From Anaerolineaceae bacterium (GTDB lineage: Bacteria > Chloroflexota > Anaerolineae > Anaerolineales > Anaerolineaceae): a stretch of DNA of 47,728 nucleotides. A program made the translations under genes and the position numbers. The notes under the pieces were generated by a model. The model was not told the DNA's origin, did not search any database, and was given only the letters and a program-made list of their open reading frames with translations. Below are positions 26,486 to 37,014 of the stretch, one piece after another. The DNA is taken from positions 1 to 47,728 of the forward strand of contig JBDKSY010000081.1 in assembly GCA_039680395.1 (NCBI GenBank). Reading direction: 5' to 3'. How positions within the stretch are numbered: position 1 is the first letter of the stretch; each line of letters begins with the position of its first letter.

Positions 26486-28354
26486 GTGAACCAAAGAAAT
26501 CAATCATATCTTATCTACCTGCTATTGTTCATCGCCATTGTTGCCTTGCTGGTATATAACTATGGTTCATCAAACAATAGTACAAAAGCACTTTCAATTA
26601 ATGAGGTAGCACAAGGTATAAAAGATGGTGAAATTACCCGTATTGTTGAAAATGATGATCGGCTAACCATTTATTATGCAACTGAAGGAAGTCAAGGTAC
26701 TTCTACAAAAGAAAGTAGCGCAACATTAATTGAGCAGCTTATTCAATTAGGTGTAACTCCTGATGAGCTACAACCCAATAAGATAAGTATCGAAATAAAG
26801 GCACCTAGTCCTTTAGTGGGAGTACTTACCACACTGGGCTATATTCTCCCCTTTATCTTTCTCGGTGCAGCCTTCTTCTTCATTATGCGGCAGGCACAGG
26901 GCAGCAATAATGCAGCCATGTCATTTGGTAAATCCCGCGCCCGTATGTTCCGTGGTGATCAACCTACCGTGACTTTTGAAGATGTTGCTGGGGTTGATGA
27001 AGCAAAAGAAGAGCTACGCGAAGTCGTCGAATTCTTGCGCGAACCACAAAAATTTATCTCCCTTGGTGCCCGTATACCAAAGGGTGTATTAGTTGTTGGA
27101 CCTCCTGGAACCGGTAAAACTTTGCTTGCAAAAGCAGTCTCTGGTGAGGCGGGTGTACCCTTCTTCTCCATCTCTGGTTCAGAATTCGTCGAAATGTTTG
27201 TCGGTGTAGGTGCCAGTCGTGTTCGCGATTTATTCGATCAGGCGAAAAAGAATTCACCTTGTATCGTTTTCGTAGATGAAATTGATGCTGTTGGGCGACA
27301 ACGTGGTGCTGGTTTAGGTGGTAGTCATGATGAACGTGAACAAACCTTAAATCAGATGTTGGTTGAAATGGATGGCTTCGATACAGATACCAACGTCATT
27401 ATCATGGCAGCAACCAACCGCCCTGATATTCTCGATCCTGCCTTGTTACGCCCGGGTCGTTTTGACCGTCGTGTAGTTCTGGATAGACCTGATGTGCGTG
27501 GTCGTGAAGCCATATTGAAAGTACATGTCAAAGGCAAACCTCTCGATCCCGCAGTTGATCTGGCAATCTTGGCACGTGGTACACCAGGTTTTGTTGGTGC
27601 CGATCTGGAAAACCTTGTTAATGAAGCTGCTATTTTGGCTGCTCGAAGAAACAAGCGGTCTATCGCGCAAACAGAATTTGAAGAAGCGGTTGAACGTGTC
27701 ATAGCTGGACCTGAACGCAAAAGTCGTTTGATCAGTCAAGAAGAAAAACTCATCATTGCATATCACGAAGCTGGTCATGCTGTGGTGATGAATGCATTGC
27801 CCGAAGCTGACCCTGTACAAAAGGTGACTATCGTAGCTCGTGGCATGGCTGCCGGTTATACGATCGCATTACCCAAAGATGATCGAACACTCACTGGTCG
27901 TAAGAAACTTATTGCAGAGATGGTCGGTCTACTGGGTGGGCGGTCTGCTGAAGCCATGGTTTTTGATGATATTACCTCAGGCGCAGCAAATGACATTGAA
28001 CGTGTAACCCAACTTGCCAGAACCATCGTCACCCGGCTTGGCATGAGTGAAGAGCTTGGTCCAATGGTTTACGGACAAAAAGAAGAACTTATCTTTTTAG
28101 GTCGTGAAATATCGGAGCAACGTGATTATTCGGAAGCTGTTGCAGAAAAAATCGATCAGGAAGTTCGCAAACTGGTACATGATGCTTATCAACAGGCCAC
28201 CGATATCCTTACGCAATATCGCGATAAATTGGATGCAGTTGCCAATAAGTTGATTGATGTTGAAACAATTAACAAAGAGGAATTCGAACGCATCTTCCCG
28301 CCACCATTCCCCAAGAAAAGTGGCACACCAGTATTAGTGAACGGAATGTCATAA
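26486..28354 (+). CDS. ftsH: ATP-dependent zinc metalloprotease FtsH
   Basis: 622 aa with a GTG start after GGAGG. Two N-terminal TM helices, Walker A GPPGTGKT, Walker [13 protein letters not shown] region, and the HEAGHA zinc site. Confidence 0.97.
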   Translation: MNQRNQSYLIYLLLFIAIVALLVYNYGSSNNSTKALSINEVAQGIKDGEITRIVENDDRLTIYYATEGSQGTSTKESSATLIEQLIQLGVTPDELQPNKISIEIKAPSPLVGVLTTLGYILPFIFLGAAFFFIMRQAQGSNNAAMSFGKSRARMFRGDQPTVTFEDVAGVDEAKEELREVVEFLREPQKFISLGARIPKGVLVVGPPGTGKTLLAKAVSGEAGVPFFSISGSEFVEMFVGVGASRVRDLFDQAKKNSPCIVFVDEIDAVGRQRGAGLGGSHDEREQTLNQMLVEMDGFDTDTNVIIMAATNRPDILDPALLRPGRFDRRVVLDRPDVRGREAILKVHVKGKPLDPAVDLAILARGTPGFVGADLENLVNEAAILAARRNKRSIAQTEFEEAVERVIAGPERKSRLISQEEKLIIAYHEAGHAVVMNALPEADPVQKVTIVARGMAAGYTIALPKDDRTLTGRKKLIAEMVGLLGGRSAEAMVFDDITSGAANDIERVTQLARTIVTRLGMSEELGPMVYGQKEELIFLGREISEQRDYSEAVAEKIDQEVRKLVHDAYQQATDILTQYRDKLDAVANKLIDVETINKEEFERIFPPPFPKKSGTPVLVNGMS

Positions 28355-28381
28355 AACAAAAAGTAAGATAAAAGGAAATTA

Positions 28382-28414
28382 AATCGGAGGTCATGAGACC
28401 TCCGATTATTTTAG
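28382..28414. terminator. Bidirectional intrinsic terminator between convergent ftsH and miaA
   Basis: 11-bp stem AATCGGAGGTC / GACCTCCGATT with loop ATGA. ATTTTAG follows on the plus strand, and there is a T-rich run on the minus side. Confidence 0.8.
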
Positions 28415-29380
28415 TTAATGATCTCTGAGCTGATCCTGACAATATGCCAGCACATGCTCAAATATTTGCTCATTCATCTCAAACCATTGGATCGTTGTAT
28501 CATTCAACTGAAACCAGTTCGCCTGTCTGCGAACATAATTACGTGTTGCCCTCTTCATTAAAATTACTGCTTCTTCAATATCATGTTTTCCCTGAATGAC
28601 AGCAACCATCTCTCTATACCCAATAGCGGATAGCGAGGGTGAATCAATTGGGCAGCCATCTGCCAATAATTTTTCTACCTCTTGCAGCAATCCGTTGGCA
28701 ATCATTTGATCAATCCGTAGATCAATTCTTTGATATAGTTCCTGCCGAGGTCGAATTAACCCAACCTGTATACAAGCATATCTTGGTTCAACTTTCCCCC
28801 TCTGCACAGAAAAAGGTTGATTTGTCTGTTCAATGACTTCTAATGCTCGGATCACTCTGCGAACATTGCGTGGATCAATCATACTGGCAGCATCAGGGTC
28901 TTTCTCGCAAAGTTGTTTGTAAAGGTAATCACCTCCACAGGTTTTCGCATCCTCTTCGAGCTTTTTCCTTAATTCAATATCAGGTTCAAGTTCAGGAGGT
29001 TTCCAACCCTGTACTACGGCACGGACATACTGCCCGGTTCCCCCTACCAGGAACGGCAATTTACCTCTTCGATGAATATCATCAATGATCTGATAGGCGC
29101 TTTGCTGAAATAATGCCAGACTGAATATTTCTTCTGGGTTTACCACATCAATCAAATGGTGCTGAACAGCGCTTAATTCTTCTGGATTTGGTTTTGCCGT
29201 TCCAATATTCATTTTCCTGTAAATCTGGCGCGAATCTGCAGATACGATTTCTCCATTCATCTGCCTTGCCAGCTTTATGGAGAGCTCAGTTTTTCCTACA
29301 GCGGTGGGGCCAACAATAACGATCAAGGGGATCTTTTTATCAACCAATGGCATTTTCAAACCACTCCACATGATGTTCAT
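28415..29380 (-). CDS. miaA: tRNA dimethylallyltransferase MiaA
   Basis: P-loop GPTAVGKT and ADSRQIYR.MNIGTAKP. The likely true start is an internal ATG (29353, MPLVDKKIPLIVIVGP). Confidence 0.95.
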   Translation of the reverse strand: MNIMWSGLKMPLVDKKIPLIVIVGPTAVGKTELSIKLARQMNGEIVSADSRQIYRKMNIGTAKPNPEELSAVQHHLIDVVNPEEIFSLALFQQSAYQIIDDIHRRGKLPFLVGGTGQYVRAVVQGWKPPELEPDIELRKKLEEDAKTCGGDYLYKQLCEKDPDAASMIDPRNVRRVIRALEVIEQTNQPFSVQRGKVEPRYACIQVGLIRPRQELYQRIDLRIDQMIANGLLQEVEKLLADGCPIDSPSLSAIGYREMVAVIQGKHDIEEAVILMKRATRNYVRRQANWFQLNDTTIQWFEMNEQIFEHVLAYCQDQLRDH

Positions 29381-29738
29381 TCCAGTTTTTTGGATTGACT
29401 GTTATTGCAAAAACATCAATTTGCCAGTTTTGTTCTAACTCAGGGTGTATCTGGATGTACCAGGCAGCACTTTGCTGCATATGATTCAATTTTTGTAGGT
29501 TGATCGAATCTTCTGGTTGTCCAAATGCTTGAGAAGAGCGCGTTTTAACCTCGATGAATCGAGTTCCGTCACCATCAGAAGCGATCAGATCAATCTCACC
29601 ATAAGGTGTACGAGCATTCATGGCATTGATAGTAAAACCTTTCTCCCGTAGAACCTCTCCAACCAACGCTTCACCCCACCGAGCCAGTTGTTGATTTCGT
29701 GATTTTGGATTCTTCTTATTCCTGGATTGAGCAATCAT
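29340..29738 (-). CDS. YraN-family (UPF0102) endonuclease-like protein
   Basis: 132 aa. GEIDLIA..FIEVKTR is the PD-(D/E)xK-like YraN core. Confidence 0.85.
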   Translation of the reverse strand: MIAQSRNKKNPKSRNQQLARWGEALVGEVLREKGFTINAMNARTPYGEIDLIASDGDGTRFIEVKTRSSQAFGQPEDSINLQKLNHMQQSAAWYIQIHPELEQNWQIDVFAITVNPKNWNEHHVEWFENAIG

Positions 29739-29862
29739 GGTACTATGTATTTTACCCGACCTGTGATGTGTGAATTGTAAAAATTATTCAGAGAAAGTTT
29801 AATTGACGAACTACATCATACCATGTTAAACTTCATAACTTCATAGAGAAAGATATCAACAG

Positions 29863-31008
29863 ATGCCATCTATAGAGATCATTGCTATTGGAACCGAACT
29901 TTTGTTGGGTGAAATTCAGGATACCAACACCCGATATCTGGCTCGGGCTGTGCGAGATGCAGGAATTGACCTATATCGTGCTACATTGATCGGTGATAAT
30001 ACTCAACGTATCGCTGAGTCCATCCTCGATGCTGTCAAACGTTCTGAAATCATTATTACTACAGGTGGATTAGGGCCAACCGTTGATGACCCCACACGCG
30101 AAGCTGTTGCCCTGGCTGCTGGCACTGAACTGGAGTTTCATCAGGAATTATGGGATCAGATACTATCTCGGTTCATAAGATATGGGAGAACAGCGTCTGA
30201 AAACAACCGCAGGCAGGCATTCTTACCACATGGTGCTATTGGAATAGAAAATCCTGTTGGAACAGCACCTGCTTTTTCCATTGAAATTGGGAAAAGTATT
30301 GTAATTAGTTTGCCGGGTGTCCCACGTGAAATGGAATACCTGTTTGACAACCGCGTACTTCCCTTATTGCGTGATAAATACGCTCTCCATCAGATGATCC
30401 TTGCACGCGTGATCCACGTTTCAGGGGTGGGAGAATCTCATATTGATGAGCAAATTGGTGATTTGGAGTTATTCTCCAACCCTACGGTTGGACTTCTGGC
30501 TCATCCTGGTCAGGTAGATATCCGTATTGCAGCAAAAGCGAATTCCTACGACGAGGCAGCATGTATGATCCAGCCAGTAGCTGAAATCATTCAAAAACGG
30601 CTAGGAAATTCGATTTACGGGATCGATTCTGATACGCTTGAAAGTGTGGTTCTCGCAAAACTGATCAACCTGCAGAAAAAACTTATCATCTTGACCTCTG
30701 GAATGGATGACTCATTTGTCACTCAATGGCAAAATTCTGGTGTTCCCGTACACAAGGTTCATAAACGGAAGAAACCTCTTACTAAACTGCAATTGAAAAA
30801 TGAAGTCACTCTTCTTGCTCAGAAGAATCCATCGGATATCATTCTAGCCTGTTCATTTCAAGCAGGTACAGATCAACAGAATCTATTGATTGGTTTATTG
30901 CTTAATGGTGCATGGAGTGAAGATCAACGTTCTTATGGTGGCTCTCCACTTCATGGAGCAATCTGGTCAAATAATTCAATTCTAGATTTCATGCGACGAA
31001 ATATATAG
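29863..31008 (+). CDS. CinA-like protein (MoCF-binding N-domain; degenerate PncC-like C-domain)
   Basis: 381 aa. The N-terminus IEIIAIGTELLLGEIQDTNTRYLAR..TTGGLGPTVDDPTREAVA is canonical CinA. The C-terminal domain lacks the AESCTGG-type motif and reads LTSGMDDS instead. Confidence 0.8.
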   Translation: MPSIEIIAIGTELLLGEIQDTNTRYLARAVRDAGIDLYRATLIGDNTQRIAESILDAVKRSEIIITTGGLGPTVDDPTREAVALAAGTELEFHQELWDQILSRFIRYGRTASENNRRQAFLPHGAIGIENPVGTAPAFSIEIGKSIVISLPGVPREMEYLFDNRVLPLLRDKYALHQMILARVIHVSGVGESHIDEQIGDLELFSNPTVGLLAHPGQVDIRIAAKANSYDEAACMIQPVAEIIQKRLGNSIYGIDSDTLESVVLAKLINLQKKLIILTSGMDDSFVTQWQNSGVPVHKVHKRKKPLTKLQLKNEVTLLAQKNPSDIILACSFQAGTDQQNLLIGLLLNGAWSEDQRSYGGSPLHGAIWSNNSILDFMRRNI

Positions 31009-31021
31009 GATAATAACTATT

Positions 31022-33010
31022 ATGGAAAAGACAATAATTGATTTCCTCTTTACCAATGCCCATGTATTAACGATGGATGCATCGCTAACGCAATATGCAT
31101 CTGGTTCAGTGGCTGTACAAGGTGACAAGATATTAGCTGTTGGGTTGGAATCGGAATTGCAGAAACAATTTACAGCAAAAAACGTTGTAGATTGCAATGG
31201 CAAAGTCTTGATGCCAGGTCTGATCAATGCTCATACGCATGTGCCAATGACGCTTTTGCGTGGATTGGCAGATGACTTGCGGCTTGATGTCTGGCTCATG
31301 GGTTACATGATGCCGGTCGAACGCGAATTTGTTTCTCCAGAATTTGTCCGCTTGGGAACCCAGATTGCCTGTGCAGAGATGATCCGCAGCGGTGTCACCA
31401 CATTTGCAGATATGTATTACTTTGAAGACCATATTGCTCAAGCAACTGCCGATGCAGGAATGCGCGCATTATGCTCTCAGACCGTAATGAAATTTCCGAC
31501 ACCTGATGCTGCCAGTTTTGAAGATGGCCTGGCGTACGCCAGAAACTTCATCCGGGAATGGAAGGGGCACTCCCTCATTGTTCCTTCTGTTGCGCCACAT
31601 GCAGCGTACACCTGTACCGAAGACATTCTCCGGGCAACGGCAGAATTGGCGATCGAATTTGATGTGCCCTTACATGTTCATATTGCTGAAACAGCTATCG
31701 AGCAAGAGAATAATCGGAAAGATAAGGGAATGCCAGTTGTTCCCTACTTAAAAAAACAAACCCTTTTTGAAGCCAAAGTCTTGGCTGCTCATTGCGTGCA
31801 TGTAGATGAAGGGGAAATGCGCACTATGCTGCATGCTAATGCTGGTGTTGCACACAATCCAACTTCGAACTTGAAACTGGCATCGGGCATCGCCCCTGTC
31901 AAACGCATGTTGGATATTGGCTTGAATGTAGGTATTGGTACAGATGGGCCAGCCTCGAATAATGATCTCGATATGTTCGAAGAGATACGCCTGGCATCAC
32001 TTCTGGCAAAAACCGCCAGCAATGATCCCACCACCTTGCCAGCTCAACAAACATTGGCTATGGCTACCAGAATTGGCGCAAACGCAATGCATATGGGAGA
32101 TATTACAGGCTCGTTGGAACCGGGCAAACGAGCAGATATGATCCTGGTGGATATCAACCAATTACATAATTCGCCACATTTCGAGCGTGATCCGCATAGT
32201 ATTTATGCCCAGATAGTCTATTCTACAAAAGCAACGGATGTCACGGATGTAATGATCAATGGCAAATGGGTGATGCAAGATCGCAAACTACTTACACTGG
32301 ATGAAAAGGAATTATTACTGCACAGTCAAGAATATGCACAAAAAATTGATGTTTTCCTTATCCGGCGTGAAAAATCCGTTCTCTCTAAATTGATCGCCAT
32401 AGGGGGAGCAAGTGAAGAGGAAAGTTTTGAAGTGCAGGCAAAAGTGAAAGTGGAAAATCTGGAACCCATCCTTGATGCCATCGTTTCTACTACTGATAAA
32501 ATTCAGGTGATTCGTAAAAGGCATTATCACGAATATGATATCTATTTCTTCTTCCGTGATGGTGAGGAAGAAGAACGACTACGGTATCGTGAAGATCACT
32601 TTTTGGATGATAAAGGTGAGATAACCAATGTTCGCAGTCGCCTGACTCATATCGGGCAGGCGCGTGAGCATAAATACCCTAATCAAGTTCTCCTGTCTCG
32701 ATCTCGCTTCTTTGCTCCAGCTACCCAGAGTTTACGATTCTATCGTGAGTATTTCAAACCCTCCTCTGAATTGGAATTTGAAAAGGATCGCTTACGATAT
32801 TTGATCCTCTATAAAGACACAGAATTCTTTATAAACCTGGATACAATAGAGGAACCAGTTATCGGAAAATTTGTAGAGATTAAAAGCCGCACTTGGAGTC
32901 AGAAAGATGCTGAGGTTAAATCTGGATTGATCTCAGAATTATTGACCACCCTTGGGGTATCTCCAAAGAATATGGTTACTGAAGATTATTTTGAGATGTT
33001 AACCAGATAG
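31022..33010 (+). CDS. MtaD-type amidohydrolase (5'-methylthioadenosine/S-adenosylhomocysteine deaminase-like) fused to a C-terminal CYTH-like domain
   Basis: 662 aa. The N-terminal ~445 aa carry PGLINAHTHVPM, HVHIAET, AHCVH and GIGTDG.ASNN. The C-terminal 216 aa (from ~32360) read FEVQAKVKV..DIYFF..RLRYRED..EKDRLRY..INLD..GKFVEIKS, which is the CYTH/class IV cyclase pattern with substitutions. Confidence 0.8.
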   Translation: MEKTIIDFLFTNAHVLTMDASLTQYASGSVAVQGDKILAVGLESELQKQFTAKNVVDCNGKVLMPGLINAHTHVPMTLLRGLADDLRLDVWLMGYMMPVEREFVSPEFVRLGTQIACAEMIRSGVTTFADMYYFEDHIAQATADAGMRALCSQTVMKFPTPDAASFEDGLAYARNFIREWKGHSLIVPSVAPHAAYTCTEDILRATAELAIEFDVPLHVHIAETAIEQENNRKDKGMPVVPYLKKQTLFEAKVLAAHCVHVDEGEMRTMLHANAGVAHNPTSNLKLASGIAPVKRMLDIGLNVGIGTDGPASNNDLDMFEEIRLASLLAKTASNDPTTLPAQQTLAMATRIGANAMHMGDITGSLEPGKRADMILVDINQLHNSPHFERDPHSIYAQIVYSTKATDVTDVMINGKWVMQDRKLLTLDEKELLLHSQEYAQKIDVFLIRREKSVLSKLIAIGGASEEESFEVQAKVKVENLEPILDAIVSTTDKIQVIRKRHYHEYDIYFFFRDGEEEERLRYREDHFLDDKGEITNVRSRLTHIGQAREHKYPNQVLLSRSRFFAPATQSLRFYREYFKPSSELEFEKDRLRYLILYKDTEFFINLDTIEEPVIGKFVEIKSRTWSQKDAEVKSGLISELLTTLGVSPKNMVTEDYFEMLTR

Positions 33011-33022
33011 GAAGGTAACACA

Positions 33023-34474
33023 ATGGGCAGGAAGCTATCAGTTCTATTTACCGCCTCAGAAGCAGATCCTTTTATCAAAGTAGGCGGATTAGGGGATGTA
33101 GCTGGTTCGCTTCCTGGTGCAATTCTTTCTCTCAATCCCAAAGATCGCGCCGATACCGCAATTGATATTCGATTGGTGATCCCCTACCATTCCATGATCA
33201 ATGTCTCTGGTAGCGAAATTAAGCACATTTGTCAGTTTCCAGTGCAATTTCAAGAAGTCGACCAGCCAATAGATGTATACCTTACCGAACTGAACAACCT
33301 GCCTGTTTATTTACTTTCAAGCGAATGGATCCATTCCAGTGACCGGGTGTATGACCAGGATGTAATTCGAGCTGCAAAAAAATACATGCTTTTTTCGAAG
33401 GCTGTTGCAATGCTTCCAGAAGTTTTAGGTTGGCAGGTTGATATTTTGCATGCAAATGATTGGCATACTGCGCTCTCAATTCCCATAACATATGCCCTGG
33501 GGAAAAAGAATGTCCGTACTGTCTTTTCTATCCATAACCTTCCATTTATGGGAAGTGAAACTCGTGGTATGCTGTCGGATTTTCACATTTCCCCTTCTAC
33601 TCACCCACAGTTACCCGATTGGGCTCGAGAGCTTCCCCTTCCAATGGCAAGTGCTGCAGCCGATAAAGTAGTTGCTGTATCTCCTACATATGCCAGAGAG
33701 ATCATGACCCCCGAATTTGGATGTGACCTGGATCCTTTCTTCTTTTCCATCCAGGATAAATTGACAGGTATCTTGAATGGGATCAATTATTCAACCTGGA
33801 ATCCCTCAGCAGATAAGAGCATTTCTCAGAATTTTGATATAGATCACATTGAAAAGCGTATGCAGAATAAACGCTTTCTCCAGGATAAATTCAACCTTCC
33901 AAGAAAAGATGATGCAGCATTATTCATTGTCATCAGCAGGTTTGATAAACAAAAAGGTATTGACCTGATCATTCAAAGTTTGAAGCAATTAGAAGGCGGT
34001 CTCTGGCAAGCGATTCTCCTGGGTAGCGGAGATATCGTTCTTGAGCGTATGTCTCAGGAACTTGCCATGACCATGCTTGATCAGGTTCATAGCGAAAATT
34101 GTTACAACGCAAATCTTTCTCACCAGCTTTACGCAGGTGGAGACATGATCTTGATGCCTTCCAGATATGAGCCATGTGGCTTGGCACAAATGATCGCAAT
34201 GCGGTATGGTTGCATCCCACTCGCACGTGCAACTGGTGGATTGAAAGACTCCATTATGTCTTTCGAGCAAGATCCAGATCATGCAACTGGATTTTTATTT
34301 GATCAGGCTTCAGCCGATGCTCTCACAACTACCATTCAGCAAGCACTCAATATCTATGCGCAGAAGAATAAATGGGAAAATATACAAAAGAATGCCATGA
34401 AAATGGATTTTTCCTGGGATAGTTCAGCCAGAAAATATATCCAACTATATCGCAAATTGGAGGCAAGACAATGA
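33023..34474 (+). CDS. glgA: Glycogen synthase (GT5)
   Basis: 483 aa with ASEADPFIKVGGLGDVAGSLP (KxGGL motif) and C-terminal PSRYEPCGL.Q. Confidence 0.9.
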   Translation: MGRKLSVLFTASEADPFIKVGGLGDVAGSLPGAILSLNPKDRADTAIDIRLVIPYHSMINVSGSEIKHICQFPVQFQEVDQPIDVYLTELNNLPVYLLSSEWIHSSDRVYDQDVIRAAKKYMLFSKAVAMLPEVLGWQVDILHANDWHTALSIPITYALGKKNVRTVFSIHNLPFMGSETRGMLSDFHISPSTHPQLPDWARELPLPMASAAADKVVAVSPTYAREIMTPEFGCDLDPFFFSIQDKLTGILNGINYSTWNPSADKSISQNFDIDHIEKRMQNKRFLQDKFNLPRKDDAALFIVISRFDKQKGIDLIIQSLKQLEGGLWQAILLGSGDIVLERMSQELAMTMLDQVHSENCYNANLSHQLYAGGDMILMPSRYEPCGLAQMIAMRYGCIPLARATGGLKDSIMSFEQDPDHATGFLFDQASADALTTTIQQALNIYAQKNKWENIQKNAMKMDFSWDSSARKYIQLYRKLEARQ

Positions 34475-35958
34475 AACTTCCTAGAGCTTCAGGTATTCTT
34501 CTTCATCCTACATCTTTACCTGGTCCAGATGGTATTGGCGATCTTGGACCCGAAGCCTATCACTGGATTGATTTTTTGCATGGTTCAGGCACAAAATTGT
34601 GGCAGGTGCTTCCCTTAGGACCTACCGGTTATGGCGATTCCCCTTATCAATGTTTCTCTGCGTTTGCCGGTAATCCTTACTTGATCAGTCCTACTTTGTT
34701 ACTTGATCAGGGACTTCTTACCCGATCTGACCTTTCTGATCGCCCTGCTTTCCCATCAAACAAAGTTGATTTTGGGCCTGTAATTACCTGGAAAATCATT
34801 TTGCTCGACCGTGCTTTCCAGCACTTTCGTCATAGCACTGATGAAGCATTGCTTCACCGTTTCGATGATTTCCAGGCTGAAAATGCTTCCTGGTTGAAAG
34901 ATTTCTCACTTTTCATGGCAATTAAGGATTCACAGGGTGGTGTTTCATGGTTAGACTGGCCACAACCTTTGAAAATGTGCGATGACGCTTCACTGAATAA
35001 TTTCGCACAGCAACACCTGGAAGAAATTTTGAAGCATTCATTCAGACAATTCATTTTTTTTGAACAATGGCTAAAACTCAAGGATTATGCCGAAAGTAAC
35101 AATATAAGCATTATTGGTGATGTTCCCATCTTCGTATCTATGGATAGTTCTGATGCCTGGTCGCATCGTGATCTATTCTTCATTGATGCCAAAGGTAATC
35201 CAACTGCAGTTGCGGGTGTTCCACCAGATTACTTCTCTCCCACTGGCCAGCTCTGGGGGAATCCCCTATATAACTGGAATATCCATGCCAGTACTGGTTA
35301 TTCATGGTGGATCGAACGGATGAAAGCATCGTTGAAACTTTTCGATTGGATCCGTTTGGACCACTTCCGTGGTTTTGCAGCCTATTGGAAAGTGACTGCG
35401 GGTAACCCCACCGCTGAAATTGGAAAATGGGAGAAAGGACCGGGGATTGACCTCTTTGAAACATTGCAAAATGTGCTGGGAGAATTACCCATCATTGCAG
35501 AAGATTTAGGGGTTATCACCCCAGATGTAGATTCTATGCGCGAGAAATTCGATCTGCCAGGGATGAGGATCCTCCAGTTTGCCTTTGGCGGTGACCCTAC
35601 AGATCGCTTTTTACCACATAATTATGTGAAGAACACCGTTGCGTATACTGGAACCCACGACAACGATACCACCATTGGCTGGTACTCTTCTGCACCTGAA
35701 AACGAACGGGATTACTGCCGGCGATACCTCGGTAGAGACGGAAGCGATATCACCTGGGATATGATCCGGACAATTTGGTCTTCGGTGGCAGCTTTTGCAA
35801 TCACACCCATGCAGGATATTCTCAATATGGGCACAGAAGCTCGCATGAATTACCCCAGTAAACCGGATGGAAACTGGGGTTGGCGTTTACCTTCATGCTC
35901 TTGCACCAGAGCACTTTCACAGAGAATTGAAGAGCTGAACCGCCTTTACCTTCGGTAA
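34471..35958 (+). CDS. malQ: 4-alpha-glucanotransferase (amylomaltase)
   Basis: 495 aa with RASGILLHPTSLPG..YGDSPYQ and GDVPIFV..DSADVW-like motifs. It overlaps the glgA stop by 4 nt. Confidence 0.95.
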   Translation: MKLPRASGILLHPTSLPGPDGIGDLGPEAYHWIDFLHGSGTKLWQVLPLGPTGYGDSPYQCFSAFAGNPYLISPTLLLDQGLLTRSDLSDRPAFPSNKVDFGPVITWKIILLDRAFQHFRHSTDEALLHRFDDFQAENASWLKDFSLFMAIKDSQGGVSWLDWPQPLKMCDDASLNNFAQQHLEEILKHSFRQFIFFEQWLKLKDYAESNNISIIGDVPIFVSMDSSDAWSHRDLFFIDAKGNPTAVAGVPPDYFSPTGQLWGNPLYNWNIHASTGYSWWIERMKASLKLFDWIRLDHFRGFAAYWKVTAGNPTAEIGKWEKGPGIDLFETLQNVLGELPIIAEDLGVITPDVDSMREKFDLPGMRILQFAFGGDPTDRFLPHNYVKNTVAYTGTHDNDTTIGWYSSAPENERDYCRRYLGRDGSDITWDMIRTIWSSVAAFAITPMQDILNMGTEARMNYPSKPDGNWGWRLPSCSCTRALSQRIEELNRLYLR

Positions 35959-35979
35959 AGGTTTGCCTGTGAATTCACC

Positions 35980-36921
35980 CTACTGACCAACCCGTTCAGC
36001 AGAATTCCCTGAACGGCTCGATAAATAGATCCCTGTCAGGATGAGCACTCCTCCCACAAGTTCAAGAAATACCGGGTTCTCATGCAGTAAAATTGCCGCC
36101 AATATGGTTGATCCGACCGGTTCACCTAATAAGGCAATGGATACCAGCGATGCTGGTATATACTTCAGCGCCCAGTTGAAGGCACTGTGGCCAATAAGTT
36201 GAGGTATTACCGCTAATAGAACCAGCCACAGGTAGGTTTGACCATGGAAGCCAGCCATTGGAGTACCGGTGATTAAAACAGCAACCAGCAAGAGAACAGC
36301 CGAAACCCCATAAACCAGGAATGTATAAACAGGAAGCGATAATTGAGGTCGTACTTTTCGTCCGATAAGCATATAGCCTGCTGCAGCCCATGCCCCGACC
36401 AATGAAAGAAGGTTTCCTAACATGCTGGATGATGTCTTCACTGCTGTGGTTGCATTTTCAGCTGATTGCATAAACCAGGTGGGGATTTCATGCGAAAGTC
36501 CAACAACGATACTACCCGTCAACGCAACGGCCAAACCAATGATGATACTCTTTGATGGGCGTTCTTTCAATAAAAGTGCCCCAAAAATTGCCACCCATAA
36601 AGGAGTCGTGGTAACAAGTACTACTGAACTGGCAACACTGGTAAAGCTTAATGAAGTGATCCATGAGGCGAAATGGATTGCTAAAAACAATCCAGCTAAT
36701 AGGATTTTCCACCAGGTACTCCAGTTGATCTTCGCCAAATCCATCCGATAACGGATGAATACAACAGGAAAAAGGAGCAGGGTTGCAAAAATCATCCTAT
36801 ATGCAGCAATACTTAATGCCTGTGCTTCTCCTTGTGCCATGCGAATGAATATTGAAGCAGTTGAAACAGCTAATACCCCAAGGATAATTCCCAAATAAGT
36901 AGTAGTTTTTGATGGATTCAC
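35980..36921 (-). CDS. EamA/DMT-family transporter
   Basis: 313 aa with about 10 predicted TM helices in two EamA-like repeats. Confidence 0.85.
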   Translation of the reverse strand: MNPSKTTTYLGIILGVLAVSTASIFIRMAQGEAQALSIAAYRMIFATLLLFPVVFIRYRMDLAKINWSTWWKILLAGLFLAIHFASWITSLSFTSVASSVVLVTTTPLWVAIFGALLLKERPSKSIIIGLAVALTGSIVVGLSHEIPTWFMQSAENATTAVKTSSSMLGNLLSLVGAWAAAGYMLIGRKVRPQLSLPVYTFLVYGVSAVLLLVAVLITGTPMAGFHGQTYLWLVLLAVIPQLIGHSAFNWALKYIPASLVSIALLGEPVGSTILAAILLHENPVFLELVGGVLILTGIYLSSRSGNSAERVGQ

Positions 36922-37014
36922 AAGATTGCACTTTCTAATAAAATATTTATTGAATTATTGCGACTATTTTGGTATTATTAGTTATTTTAATTTTGAAACT
37001 ATTTGGAGGTTACT

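Noticed and set aside
26959-28044. Minus-strand ORFs of 62-124 aa inside ftsH.
   Set aside because: They are shadow ORFs opposite a gene with unambiguous FtsH motifs. Their products are Arg/Ser-rich nonsense-like sequences.
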